Positions 30,708-39,606 of a stretch of DNA of 49,362 nt are shown here, in pieces. How positions within the stretch are numbered: position 1 is the first letter of the stretch; each line of letters starts with the position of its first letter. Origin of the DNA: an uncultured Bacillota bacterium (GTDB taxonomy: Bacteria; Bacillota_I; Bacilli_A; Izemoplasmatales; UBA1188). The position numbers and the translations under genes were made by a program. The DNA is taken from assembly GCA_937907585.1 (NCBI GenBank), contig CALCVH010000018.1:1-49362 (forward strand), written 5' to 3'. The notes beneath the pieces were generated by a model. It did not search any database and was not told where the DNA came from. It saw nothing but the letters and a program-made list of their open reading frames with translations.

Positions 30708-30932
30708 ATGAAATGGTTTAACTCACAATCTCGTTTAGTTCAAATCTTATTATTATTAATCCCTGGAGTAAACTGGGTTACTGAAGTAATCGTAAGAGTA
30801 ACTGGCGCTATTCAAAAACCTACTTTAACAAATATCTTAGGATTAGTTCTAGGTGTTTTATTTGGTTTTGTTTTTGGTTGGGTAGATTTAGTTTGGGTAT
30901 TATTATTCAAACACTTAATTTTCTGCAAATAG
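30708..30932 (+). CDS. small hypothetical membrane protein (two TM helices)
   Basis: 74 aa beginning MKWFNSQSRLVQILLLLIPGVNWV, with a second helix LGLVLGVLFGFVFGWVDLVWVLLF. An AGGAGG RBS lies 8 nt upstream of the ATG at 30708; the 30690 ATG in the ORF track lies just upstream of that RBS (AGGAGG, 30693-30698). A strong terminator follows. Confidence 0.6.
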   Translation: MKWFNSQSRLVQILLLLIPGVNWVTEVIVRVTGAIQKPTLTNILGLVLGVLFGFVFGWVDLVWVLLFKHLIFCK

Positions 30933-30942
30933 TTAATTGAAT

Positions 30943-30974
30943 AAAGGGCATCCCGAGAGGATGCCCTTTATTTT
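30943..30974 (+). terminator. intrinsic terminator after the small membrane protein gene
   Basis: The 11-bp GC-containing stem aaagggcatcc/ggatgcccttt has loop cgaga and is followed by atttta. Confidence 0.8.
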
Positions 30975-31035
30975 AAACCAACGGAAAATTAGGTTGGTAT
31001 ATTATTTAATTTATCTATAACTATTCGTTATTTTT

Positions 31036-31090
31036 AACAACAATGTTGCAAATGCAACATAAAAAATGTAGCAAATGCATCATTGTTGTT
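31036..31090. repeat. 55-bp imperfect palindrome containing a nested perfect 16-bp palindrome
   Basis: The arms aacaacaatgttgcaaatgcaacat and atgtagcaaatgcatcattgttgtt match at 21 of 25 positions around loop aaaaa. The outer 10 bp are perfect. The nested palindrome tgttgcaAAtgcaaca is at 31044-31059, and gcaaatgca occurs twice. Confidence 0.8.
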
Positions 31091-31213
31091 TTATGACTTA
31101 ATTATATATTTTATTAAGAGGAATCATAAAAGTTTCTGTAATAGTTAATACAATATTATTACTTAATGAATTTTTATAAGAGTTTAAAATGTTGCTATAA
31201 ATAATTAGGAGCT

Positions 31214-31250
31214 GTTAAGAAACTTAGACTTTCTTAACATCCCCTTTTTA
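31214..31250. terminator. hairpin next to the SASA esterase stop (terminator-like; orientation ambiguous)
   Basis: The 9-bp stem gttaagaaa/tttcttaac has loop cttagac. A T-run (ccccttttta) follows on the + strand, and only weak U-richness follows on the - strand. Confidence 0.4.
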
Positions 31251-31257
31251 TTTGAAT

Positions 31258-32169
31258 TTATAATTTTTTATTAATAGCAATTTTTCCAAATAACTTTCCA
31301 AGTAATATCTCACTTTCACTATCAAAGTGTGCAATATCAGGTCCATCTATTGGTTCTTGATCATAGTGAAGTCCGACATCAATTGTGTCAAAATAATAAT
31401 TATAATCATCTTCATTGCTAAACTTTATTTTCGCATTATTTATCTTTTTATACATTGTCCAATAAGGAGAATCACTAATACCAGCATCAATAAAATCAAT
31501 CTCTTTTTGATATGAAGATAAATCATGTCTTAAAAATCCCACAAATTGTTTAGTATTTTTATAATACCTATTAGATAAATTAAAATTAGAATCACTTTCT
31601 CCCTGCATCCAACAGATAGCATCAATTTGGATATCATAATTTTTGCTGATTAAATAATCTAGAGATGTCTTAGTAAAATTGATGGCAGCTTCATATAATT
31701 CTCCACGCTTATATTTACCATTCATCCATTGATAATCAAGGACAGTTCCACCCCATGAATATTTTATGATAAAACATTTCAATCCCTTTTCTTTATAAGT
31801 TAAACCAATTCCTACTTCTGGACCAAAATGTTCTTTTGTAGCACCGTTTCCTAAAGAACATATAACAAATTCATTATTTGATGAATTAGACCCGTTTTCA
31901 CAACAATAATTAATATAAATGTTATCTATTCCATTATTTGTTGATGCATATGTTTCATTATCTTTTTCTTGTAAATATTTAACACTTGAACAACCAGTTG
32001 CATTAGATTGTCCGTATAATAATATCACTCTTACTTTCTCACCATTACCATCACTTAAATTATCATTAATAGAAAAACTAGTAACAGCACCTAATAATTC
32101 TTTCTTTTTACAAGATGATAATGATATTGAACTCAATAATATAATTATAATAAGTAATATTTTCTTCAT
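31258..32169 (-). CDS. SASA-family carbohydrate O-acetylesterase lipoprotein (sialate O-acetylesterase-like)
   Basis: The signal peptide has the lipobox LSSC. Also present are the GQSN block (LLYGQSNATG) and the WMQGESD block characteristic of the SASA/DUF303 esterase family. Confidence 0.8.
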   Translation of the reverse strand: MKKILLIIIILLSSISLSSCKKKELLGAVTSFSINDNLSDGNGEKVRVILLYGQSNATGCSSVKYLQEKDNETYASTNNGIDNIYINYCCENGSNSSNNEFVICSLGNGATKEHFGPEVGIGLTYKEKGLKCFIIKYSWGGTVLDYQWMNGKYKRGELYEAAINFTKTSLDYLISKNYDIQIDAICWMQGESDSNFNLSNRYYKNTKQFVGFLRHDLSSYQKEIDFIDAGISDSPYWTMYKKINNAKIKFSNEDDYNYYFDTIDVGLHYDQEPIDGPDIAHFDSESEILLGKLFGKIAINKKL

Positions 32170-32231
32170 ATAAAATATTCTCCTATATATTTAAATATTA
32201 TCATAATACGTCCACATTCTAATTATCTTTA

Positions 32232-32394
32232 TTATTTTTTATCTTCATATACTTGATATACAAGACGATGTTGAAGATTGATTCTTCTTGAATATACAAA
32301 CGAGTTTTTCATATGAAGGTGGATTTTGAAATGGATTTTCTTCTATTAACTCAAGTTATGCAACAACTTTTTAAAGTAAGTTTGGTTTTTGCTT
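32232..32394 (-). pseudogene. decayed YoeB/Txe-family toxin remnant (frameshifted and 5'-truncated)
   Basis: One minus-strand frame reads ...YSRRINLQHRLVYQVYEDKK*, the YoeB SRRIxxxHRLVY core. A second frame just upstream reads LIEENPFQNPPSYEKLV, matching the NPF...G.P E.L segment. A third frame reads FKKLLHNLS**. No antitoxin ORF is present and the remnant abuts the uxaC stop. Confidence 0.6.
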
Positions 32395-33777
32395 TTATAC
32401 AATAATTTTAAAATAATTAATAGCGTTATAGTAGGAAATATTTTTTATTACCTCTCCAACAAGTTTTATATTGTTGGTTATTTCGTTATTCTCTACCAAA
32501 TTTCCTAAATAATCACATAATATTCTTCTAAAATAATGATGTCTTGAATATGATAAGAACGATCTACTATCAGTTAACATTCCTATAAACGAATCAATGT
32601 GTCCTAATGATGTTAAATCATCTAAATGTTTTTTGATACCATTTTTGTGATCTAAGAACCACCAGCTTGCACCATATTGTATTTTTCCCTTAGCACTGCT
32701 ATCTTGAAAACAACCTAGTAAAGTCAGCATTTCGGAGTTCATTTTAGGGTTCAAATTAAACAAAATAATTTTAGGCAATAGGTTTTCGTTGTTCAATTTA
32801 TCAAATAAACAGCTTAGTTCTTTAATGCTGTTTTCGCTTGAAATGCTATCAAATCCAGTGTCTAATCCAAGTTTATTTAACATTTTTGTATTGTTATTGC
32901 GCATAGCACCTATATGAAGTTCAGTAACAATATTATATTTGGCATATAGTTTTAGCAAATAGTATGTTAAATATCCTTTGAAGATTTTTACTTCGTTAAT
33001 AGATAATTCCTTGTTGTTTCTTCTATCAACGAACACTTTATTTGCTTCTTTTTTAGTTGGTACATTATATACAGCTTCAAGAGCAATATCAGCAGCAACG
33101 CACCCCTTACTAATAAATGATTTTAGCCTATTTTCTATTGCGTTTTCAAGTTCATCTATATCTTTTATGTTCCCTAATTTATCAACATAACTATTGTAGT
33201 TTGAGGCATCTATATTCATTATCTTATCAGCTCTAAAAGCAGGAAATACTCTAAACTTATAGTTTTTCTCTTTAATACAATCAAAAACTTCTAGATTATC
33301 AAAGATTTCATTAGTAGTAAATAGATGTGTAACCTTAGATTCTTCAATTAGTTTAACAGGAGTGATCTCATTTTCTTTTATATATTTATTACATTCATCC
33401 CAAATTTTTGGCGCATTTTCTTCATTAATTTCTAGATTACAATTAAAATAATCTCTTAATTCAATTTGTGACCAATGATACAAAGGATTTCCAAATGCTG
33501 TTGATAACACCTTGCAATAAACTAAAAACTTTTCTTTGTTTGATTTGCTACCAGTAATATATTCTTCATCAATTCCATAATTACGCATTAAACGCCATTT
33601 GTAATGATCGCCTTTAAGCCATATTTCATATATATCTTCAAATTGTTTATTTTCTAGAATTTGATATTCTGAGAGATGACAGTGATAATCAAAGATAGGC
33701 ATATCTTTAGCATAATTAAAATATAACTCATTTGCAGTTTTATTAGAAAGCAAAAAATTATCATTAATGTATGACAT
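32395..33777 (-). CDS. uxaC: glucuronate isomerase (uronate isomerase)
   Basis: 460 aa. The N-terminus NDNFLLSNKTANELYFNYAKDMPIFDYHCHL closely parallels the E. coli UxaC N-terminus (FLL...A..LYH.YAKD.PIFDYHCHL). Confidence 0.93.
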   Translation of the reverse strand: MSYINDNFLLSNKTANELYFNYAKDMPIFDYHCHLSEYQILENKQFEDIYEIWLKGDHYKWRLMRNYGIDEEYITGSKSNKEKFLVYCKVLSTAFGNPLYHWSQIELRDYFNCNLEINEENAPKIWDECNKYIKENEITPVKLIEESKVTHLFTTNEIFDNLEVFDCIKEKNYKFRVFPAFRADKIMNIDASNYNSYVDKLGNIKDIDELENAIENRLKSFISKGCVAADIALEAVYNVPTKKEANKVFVDRRNNKELSINEVKIFKGYLTYYLLKLYAKYNIVTELHIGAMRNNNTKMLNKLGLDTGFDSISSENSIKELSCLFDKLNNENLLPKIILFNLNPKMNSEMLTLLGCFQDSSAKGKIQYGASWWFLDHKNGIKKHLDDLTSLGHIDSFIGMLTDSRSFLSYSRHHYFRRILCDYLGNLVENNEITNNIKLVGEVIKNISYYNAINYFKIIV

Positions 33778-33789
33778 AGTGACCTCTTA

Positions 33790-34407
33790 TTAATTATTTA
33801 TTTCCTTTACTATTTTTCTTGCGCATAAAGATAATTGAGTTATTTCTTCTTTATTTCCTTTTACTAGCCAAGAACCTCCACAAGCAATTATCTTTTTAAA
33901 ACTAAGAAATTCTTTTAAATTATCATTATTTACTCCGCCTGTAGGCATAAATGATACTTGTGGAAATGCAGAACTTAAAGCTTTAATTGTTTTTAATCCG
34001 CCAAATTCTCCTGCAGGAAAGAATTTAACCAAATTAATGTTCTTGCTTAATGCATTCATTATTTCTGTTGGAGTTAATACACCAGGAATATACGGTATCT
34101 CACTTTTTTTGCATTCTTCATATACTTCATCGCTAAAACCAGGAGATACAATAAACTTCGCTCCATAATTAATTGCTTCTATACATTGTTTTTTATCTAT
34201 TATAGTGCCTGCGCCAATAAGCATATTAGGATATTCCAATACAGCTTTTTTTAAACACGCAGGTGCACATTCTGTTCTATAACATATTTCAGCAATAGGA
34301 ACATCTCCATCTATAAGCGCTTGTAGTATTGAATCAACTTCTTTTATGTTATTAAATACAACTACTGGAACTATTCTTATTTCTTTTATTTTTGATATAG
34401 CGTCCAT
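33790..34407 (-). CDS. eda: 2-dehydro-3-deoxy-phosphogluconate (KDPG) aldolase
   Basis: 205 aa with IVPVV, the GAGT block and the Schiff-base Lys region VKFFPA typical of KDPG/KHG aldolases. Confidence 0.88.
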   Translation of the reverse strand: MDAISKIKEIRIVPVVVFNNIKEVDSILQALIDGDVPIAEICYRTECAPACLKKAVLEYPNMLIGAGTIIDKKQCIEAINYGAKFIVSPGFSDEVYEECKKSEIPYIPGVLTPTEIMNALSKNINLVKFFPAGEFGGLKTIKALSSAFPQVSFMPTGGVNNDNLKEFLSFKKIIACGGSWLVKGNKEEITQLSLCARKIVKEINN

Positions 34408-34412
34408 AATAG

Positions 34413-35438
34413 TTACCTCTGAACTCTTCCAGATGCATTACCTTTTACTAAAGATAACACTTCTTCTTCAGTTACTAAATTGAAATCACCAGGAATAGTA
34501 TGTTTAAGCGCGCTTGATGCGACAGCGAATTCTAACGCATCTTTTTGATTACCATTATATTTGATTAATCCATGAATTAATCCAGCAGCGAATGAATCTC
34601 CTCCACCCACTCTATCAACTATAGGCATAATATCATAATGTTTTGACTCATAGAATTCTTTTCCATTATATATTAATGCTTTCCAGCCATTATGAGATGC
34701 GCTATATGATTCTCTTAAAGATGATACTACATATTTAAAGTTATATGTTTCTTTCATTTCTTTAAAGATTTCATAGTACCCACTAGCGCTTGTATCACCT
34801 TTTTCTATATCAGCCTTAGGAGTGAAACCTAGACACAGTTTAGCATCTTCTTCATTTCCAATGCACACATCAACATATTTCATTAATGGTTTCATTATTG
34901 ATTGAGCTTTTTCAGTAGTCCATAATTTCTTTCTAAAGTTTAAATCACATGAAATAATTACATTATGTTTTTTAGCACATTCACAAGCTTTTTTAATTAA
35001 CTCTGCAGCTTTATCAGATATTGCAGGTGTAATACCTGTCCAGTGGAACCAAAAGCATCCATCAAATATCTTATCAAAATCAAAATCACTAGTATCTGCT
35101 AAAGATATCGCAGAATCTTTCCTATCATATATTACCTTTGATGGCCTCATTGATGAACCACTTTCAAGAAAATATATACCCAGTCTATCTCCGCCTCTTG
35201 ATATATATTCAGTATTTACGCCATATCTTCTTAATGCGTTTAAAGCAGATTGACCTATTTCGTTTTTAGGTAGCTTAGTAACATAATATACATCATTACC
35301 ATAATTAGCTAATGATATAGCGACATTAGCTTCTCCTCCACCATAACAAACATCAAACGAATCTGATTGTATAAATCTTTGATTATCAGGTGTAGATAAT
35401 CTTAACATTATCTCACCCATAGTTACTATTTTTGGCAT
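34413..35438 (-). CDS. kdgK: 2-dehydro-3-deoxygluconokinase
   Basis: 341 aa PfkB kinase with N-terminal VTMGEIMLRL, the GGGEANVA di-Gly region and C-terminal GGGDSFAAGLIHG, lying between uxaA and eda. Confidence 0.88.
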   Translation of the reverse strand: MPKIVTMGEIMLRLSTPDNQRFIQSDSFDVCYGGGEANVAISLANYGNDVYYVTKLPKNEIGQSALNALRRYGVNTEYISRGGDRLGIYFLESGSSMRPSKVIYDRKDSAISLADTSDFDFDKIFDGCFWFHWTGITPAISDKAAELIKKACECAKKHNVIISCDLNFRKKLWTTEKAQSIMKPLMKYVDVCIGNEEDAKLCLGFTPKADIEKGDTSASGYYEIFKEMKETYNFKYVVSSLRESYSASHNGWKALIYNGKEFYESKHYDIMPIVDRVGGGDSFAAGLIHGLIKYNGNQKDALEFAVASSALKHTIPGDFNLVTEEEVLSLVKGNASGRVQR

Positions 35439-35449
35439 TTGGGCACCTC

Positions 35450-36889
35450 CTAAAGTGTAACGCCATCTTTGAAGATGGCTATATCATATAATTTATTAAT
35501 TTCATTTTTAGTTTTATATTCACCATTTATAGTTTTTATAACTAAGTCTAATAATTCACTAAATGCACTATCGAATGTTTTATTATCGATAATATCTCCA
35601 GCATTATAATCAATCCATCTTTCTTTTTTATTAAATAACGTAGAATTAGATGAAATCTTAACAGTTGGAACAATAGAACCAAATGGTGTTCCTCTTCCTG
35701 TAGTAAATAAAATCAGTTGAGCATCAGAACAAACAAGATTTGTTGTAGATACAATATCGTTTCCAGGACCATTTAAAAGATTCAAGCCTTTGTTTACTAC
35801 TTTTTGGTTTTCTTTTAATACATCAACTATTTCGCTATATCCACCTTTTTGAATACAACCAAGTGATTTATCTTCTAGTGTAGTAATTCCGCCCTCTTTG
35901 TTTCCTGGAGATGGGTTCTCATAACATACTTGATTATGATTTTTATAATATGTTTTAAAATTGTTAATCAAATCAACCGTTTTATTATAGATAGATTCAT
36001 CCTTACACCTATTCATAAGGAGTTGTTCAGCACCGAACATCTCAGGAACTTCTGTAAGAAGTGATGATGCGTTATTTTTAACAAAGTAATCAGATATTAT
36101 TCCTACAAGTGGGTTAGCGGTAATACCTGATAATCCATCAGAACCACCACACTTTAATCCTAAAGTAATAGATGAAAGTGGCACTTCTGCTCTTTTATCT
36201 TTAACCATCTCTTGATAAATCTCATTTAATAATTCTAATGAGTCTTCAATCTCGTCTTTAGAGTTTTGAAGAATGATAGATTTAATTCTTTTTTTATCAT
36301 AATCTTTTAAAGATTTTAAGAATGGTTCAAGTTGATTGTTTTCACAACCTAGTGATACTATCAAGACACCTCCAAAGTTAGGGTGCTTTGCGATGCTTAA
36401 TAGCGTATCTTTAGTAAACAACATGTCATCACCAATCTGTGAACAGCCATATGGATGAGTTAACGCAATAACATCATCTATACCATCAAGATTGTTTCTT
36501 TTAATAAACTCATCTTTAATTCTATTAACAGTACTATTGATACAGCCAACAAGAGGTAGTATTAATAGGTTATTTCTAATGCCGTATTTGTTGTTTGATC
36601 GTTTATAGACCATTACTTTCTTGTTATCGAAAGAGAATTTATTCTCTATTACTGCTTTTTCATAGTGATATACAGGTTCTTCATCTAATAAGGTCTTAAT
36701 ATTATGAGTATGAACGTGCTCGTTCTTTTTAATATCTTTAGTTGCGACTCCTATTGGATAACCATATTTATAAATCTTTTCACCTGCTTTAATATCTATT
36801 GATGCTATCTTATGTCCGAAAGGAACGATATCGTTTGTTAAGGCTATTAAAACATTATCTTTTTCATTTAATTTTATATACTTATTCAT
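35450..36889 (-). CDS. uxaA: altronate dehydratase
   Basis: The N-terminal SAF domain reads MNKYIKLNEKDNVLIAL (compare E. coli MQYIKIHALDNVAVAL), followed by the large UxaA/GarD C-terminal domain. The ATG at 36889 has a GAGGGG RBS and overlaps uxaB by 8 nt. The ORF-track start at 36904 is a TTG. Confidence 0.92.
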   Translation of the reverse strand: MNKYIKLNEKDNVLIALTNDIVPFGHKIASIDIKAGEKIYKYGYPIGVATKDIKKNEHVHTHNIKTLLDEEPVYHYEKAVIENKFSFDNKKVMVYKRSNNKYGIRNNLLILPLVGCINSTVNRIKDEFIKRNNLDGIDDVIALTHPYGCSQIGDDMLFTKDTLLSIAKHPNFGGVLIVSLGCENNQLEPFLKSLKDYDKKRIKSIILQNSKDEIEDSLELLNEIYQEMVKDKRAEVPLSSITLGLKCGGSDGLSGITANPLVGIISDYFVKNNASSLLTEVPEMFGAEQLLMNRCKDESIYNKTVDLINNFKTYYKNHNQVCYENPSPGNKEGGITTLEDKSLGCIQKGGYSEIVDVLKENQKVVNKGLNLLNGPGNDIVSTTNLVCSDAQLILFTTGRGTPFGSIVPTVKISSNSTLFNKKERWIDYNAGDIIDNKTFDSAFSELLDLVIKTINGEYKTKNEINKLYDIAIFKDGVTL

Positions 36890-38321
36890 AATGCCCCTCA
36901 ACAAAATCAGCTAAAGCTTTCTTCATTCCTAATTCTTTTATTCTATTATAGTAATCTAATACATATTCATAGAAACCATTTAACTTTGTTAAATCGGTTC
37001 CAAAGAAATCTGTATTGCTTAAGAATTTATAGACATAATCGCTATCGTTCTTAATTGAGTTTATATATTCTAAGTATTGAGCATTATCGTTTAGCTTTAT
37101 ATCATCTTCTCCTCTTTTACCTTGATAGAAAATGGCTAAAGAGGCGAGGCTAAACGCTATCACCTTAGAATATGTTCCGTTTAATTTATTATAATCAAAT
37201 AGAGTTGGTAGAACTCTTTCTTTATATTTAGATATAGAGTTTAATGCGATAGACATTAGTTCATGTCTAACGAATGGATTCAGATATCTTTCAAATACGC
37301 TATTCGCAAAGCTAGTTAAATCATCTTTATCTAAATCTATAGTAGGTATTACAACATCATATACAAATTTCTTAGCGTATTCACCTACATATTTATCTAA
37401 TATAGATTCTCTAACTGTATCAATACCATATAGATATGATACAGGAACCATTAATGTATGACATCCGTTAAGGATTCTTACTTTTCTTTCTTTATATGGC
37501 TTAATTGATTCTACGTATTTAGCATTTAATCCAATTTTATGTATAGGGAATATATTCTTTATATGTTCATCGTTTTCTAATACCCATAGGTGGAATATTT
37601 CGCCAACTACTACGTTTTCATCAATGTAGCCTAGTTCATTATATGTTTCGTTGATATCACCTTTAGGATATCCAGGAACAATCCTATCAACTAGTGTAGA
37701 TGAAAAATGACAACTATTATTGATCCAATCTATAAAATCATTATCATAACCTTTTAATTCTGATAACTTTAATAAGACTTCTTTTAATTTCTTTGCGTTA
37801 TTATCTATTAGCTCGCAACAAATAAAAGATAGTCCCTTACTAACGTCGTGGTTAAAATAATCATATCTCGTCTTAAGAAGAGAAAGTACTTTTGAAGGAA
37901 ATGATTTAGGTGTTTTATCAAAATCTAAATCATTTTCATCTAACACTATACCTGCTTCAGTTGTATTAGATATAATTAATTCTAAATCTTCTTTTTTAGC
38001 GTAATCTAGGTATCTATCATATTCTGTATATGGATTGATAAAATCGCTCAAAACATCAATAACTTCATGATTTCTAATGACCTCGTTGTTTTCAATGCCT
38101 TGAAGATATAAAGTATATAATCCATCTTGTTCTTTCAAATCTTGAACTCTTCCACTTGGAAGTGGCTGAACAACACATACGTGACTATCAATAAGTCCTT
38201 GATCATTCATCTTTTTTATAAACCAATCAACAAACGCTCTTAGAAAATTTCCTTCGCCAAATTGAAGTATTTTAATATTTTTTGTTTTTTTATTAATAAT
38301 TTTTGATGTTAGCTTTTCCAT
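36882..38321 (-). CDS. uxaB: tagaturonate reductase (altronate oxidoreductase)
   Basis: 479 aa long-chain mannitol-dehydrogenase family protein. The N-terminal ILQFGEGNFLRAFVDWF matches the UxaB signature IQFGEGNFLRAFVDW. Confidence 0.88.
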   Translation of the reverse strand: MEKLTSKIINKKTKNIKILQFGEGNFLRAFVDWFIKKMNDQGLIDSHVCVVQPLPSGRVQDLKEQDGLYTLYLQGIENNEVIRNHEVIDVLSDFINPYTEYDRYLDYAKKEDLELIISNTTEAGIVLDENDLDFDKTPKSFPSKVLSLLKTRYDYFNHDVSKGLSFICCELIDNNAKKLKEVLLKLSELKGYDNDFIDWINNSCHFSSTLVDRIVPGYPKGDINETYNELGYIDENVVVGEIFHLWVLENDEHIKNIFPIHKIGLNAKYVESIKPYKERKVRILNGCHTLMVPVSYLYGIDTVRESILDKYVGEYAKKFVYDVVIPTIDLDKDDLTSFANSVFERYLNPFVRHELMSIALNSISKYKERVLPTLFDYNKLNGTYSKVIAFSLASLAIFYQGKRGEDDIKLNDNAQYLEYINSIKNDSDYVYKFLSNTDFFGTDLTKLNGFYEYVLDYYNRIKELGMKKALADFVEGHYE

Positions 38322-38337
38322 ATAAAACCACCTCTAT

Positions 38338-39606
38338 TTATTCACTAACTAAGTTTTCTTTCTTTTTTGATTTTGTAAATATCAAATAAATAAGCGCAAG
38401 CAGTGCAGATATTATTGCGATAACTATAAGTGAAGAGAACGCATATGTCCACCCGCCTTTATCTGCCATAGCACCTAAAACGTATGTAGCAATTGAAGTT
38501 CCTATATAACAAGCACCATTTAAAAATCCTGCTAGAAAACCTGCATCAAACTTTCCTTCAAAAGTTAAAGGTATTTGTACAGTTGTTGTATTTGATACTA
38601 TTCCCATTACTATTGCTTCAATAGTAAATAATGTAATTACAAGTACCCAGTTAACATTTAAGAATACATAAACTAAAACAATCAATAAAGCTCCAACAAC
38701 AAAACAAAGCAGCGATATGAATATATGATTCTTTAATAATTTAATTAAAACAGGAGATATTACCGCTACACTTAATGAAAACAAAGGCAACATTACCGAC
38801 ATAAATATTGAAAGAGAATCAGACAAGTTATAGCATTCTTTAAGTATTGCGGGAACCCACGACTGTAATCCACCTGAAATAGCATAGCTAACAAGTGAGA
38901 ACTCAAAAAATAACAATAAAAGAACCACACTTCTCTTATCAATTTTTTCTTTTGGAGCAATTCTTTTTCTAAACAACAATCTTTCTTCTTTTCCCGGTTT
39001 TTTAATTCCTTTAGTAAATGAAAAGAATAATATTGCAGCAGAAATTGATATAATTCCTGCAGTTAAAAAGCAATACATAAACATACTTGTATTTATAGCG
39101 AATATGGCGCAAATACCAATTGCGGCAAACTTGCCTCCAGTTGAAGCTGTAGCCATAACAACAGTAACGATACCAATATTTTTCTTTGATATATTTTCTC
39201 TTAATATTAAAAGAAATACTGGCCATAAATTTGCCTGAGCTAGTCCATTTAGAAGCCATAAATATTTTATGATGTTGAATTCTATTCCAGCATATATAAT
39301 GACATTTATTATGCCCGATGTTACTAGCGCAATTATAATTAATAATCTTCTATTATATCTATGGCATACGAATCCTACTAATATCTGTCCTAGTCCATAT
39401 GCAAAAAAGAACAAAGTAGCAGGAAGTGATGCTACTGCATGTTCAACAGAAAACTTTTCCATTATAAGAGTTACATTTGAACTATAACTATATCTACCTA
39501 ACAAGGCAAGAACATACGATATCCAACAAATAACAATTATTGCTATTTGTTTTTTGTTGGATAAGGATGTTTCAACTACCTCTTCTTTTATTTCACAATT
39601 ATCCAT
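38338..39606 (-). CDS. MFS transporter (candidate sugar-acid / sugar-phosphate importer)
   Basis: 422 aa with about 12 TM helices in a 6+6 layout around a basic central loop (KKPGKEERLLFRKRIAPKEK). Substrate is inferred from context only. Confidence 0.85.
   Translation of the reverse strand: MDNCEIKEEVVETSLSNKKQIAIIVICWISYVLALLGRYSYSSNVTLIMEKFSVEHAVASLPATLFFFAYGLGQILVGFVCHRYNRRLLIIIALVTSGIINVIIYAGIEFNIIKYLWLLNGLAQANLWPVFLLILRENISKKNIGIVTVVMATASTGGKFAAIGICAIFAINTSMFMYCFLTAGIISISAAILFFSFTKGIKKPGKEERLLFRKRIAPKEKIDKRSVVLLLLFFEFSLVSYAISGGLQSWVPAILKECYNLSDSLSIFMSVMLPLFSLSVAVISPVLIKLLKNHIFISLLCFVVGALLIVLVYVFLNVNWVLVITLFTIEAIVMGIVSNTTTVQIPLTFEGKFDAGFLAGFLNGACYIGTSIATYVLGAMADKGGWTYAFSSLIVIAIISALLALIYLIFTKSKKKENLVSE

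Noticed and set aside
25208-32394. The accessory stretch, considered as a prophage, integrative element or defence island.
   Set aside because: There is no integrase, transposase, recombinase, phage structural gene, tRNA attachment site or flanking direct repeats. The only mobile-type trace is the decayed toxin remnant. The DUF4143 ATPase alone is not enough to call a defence system.
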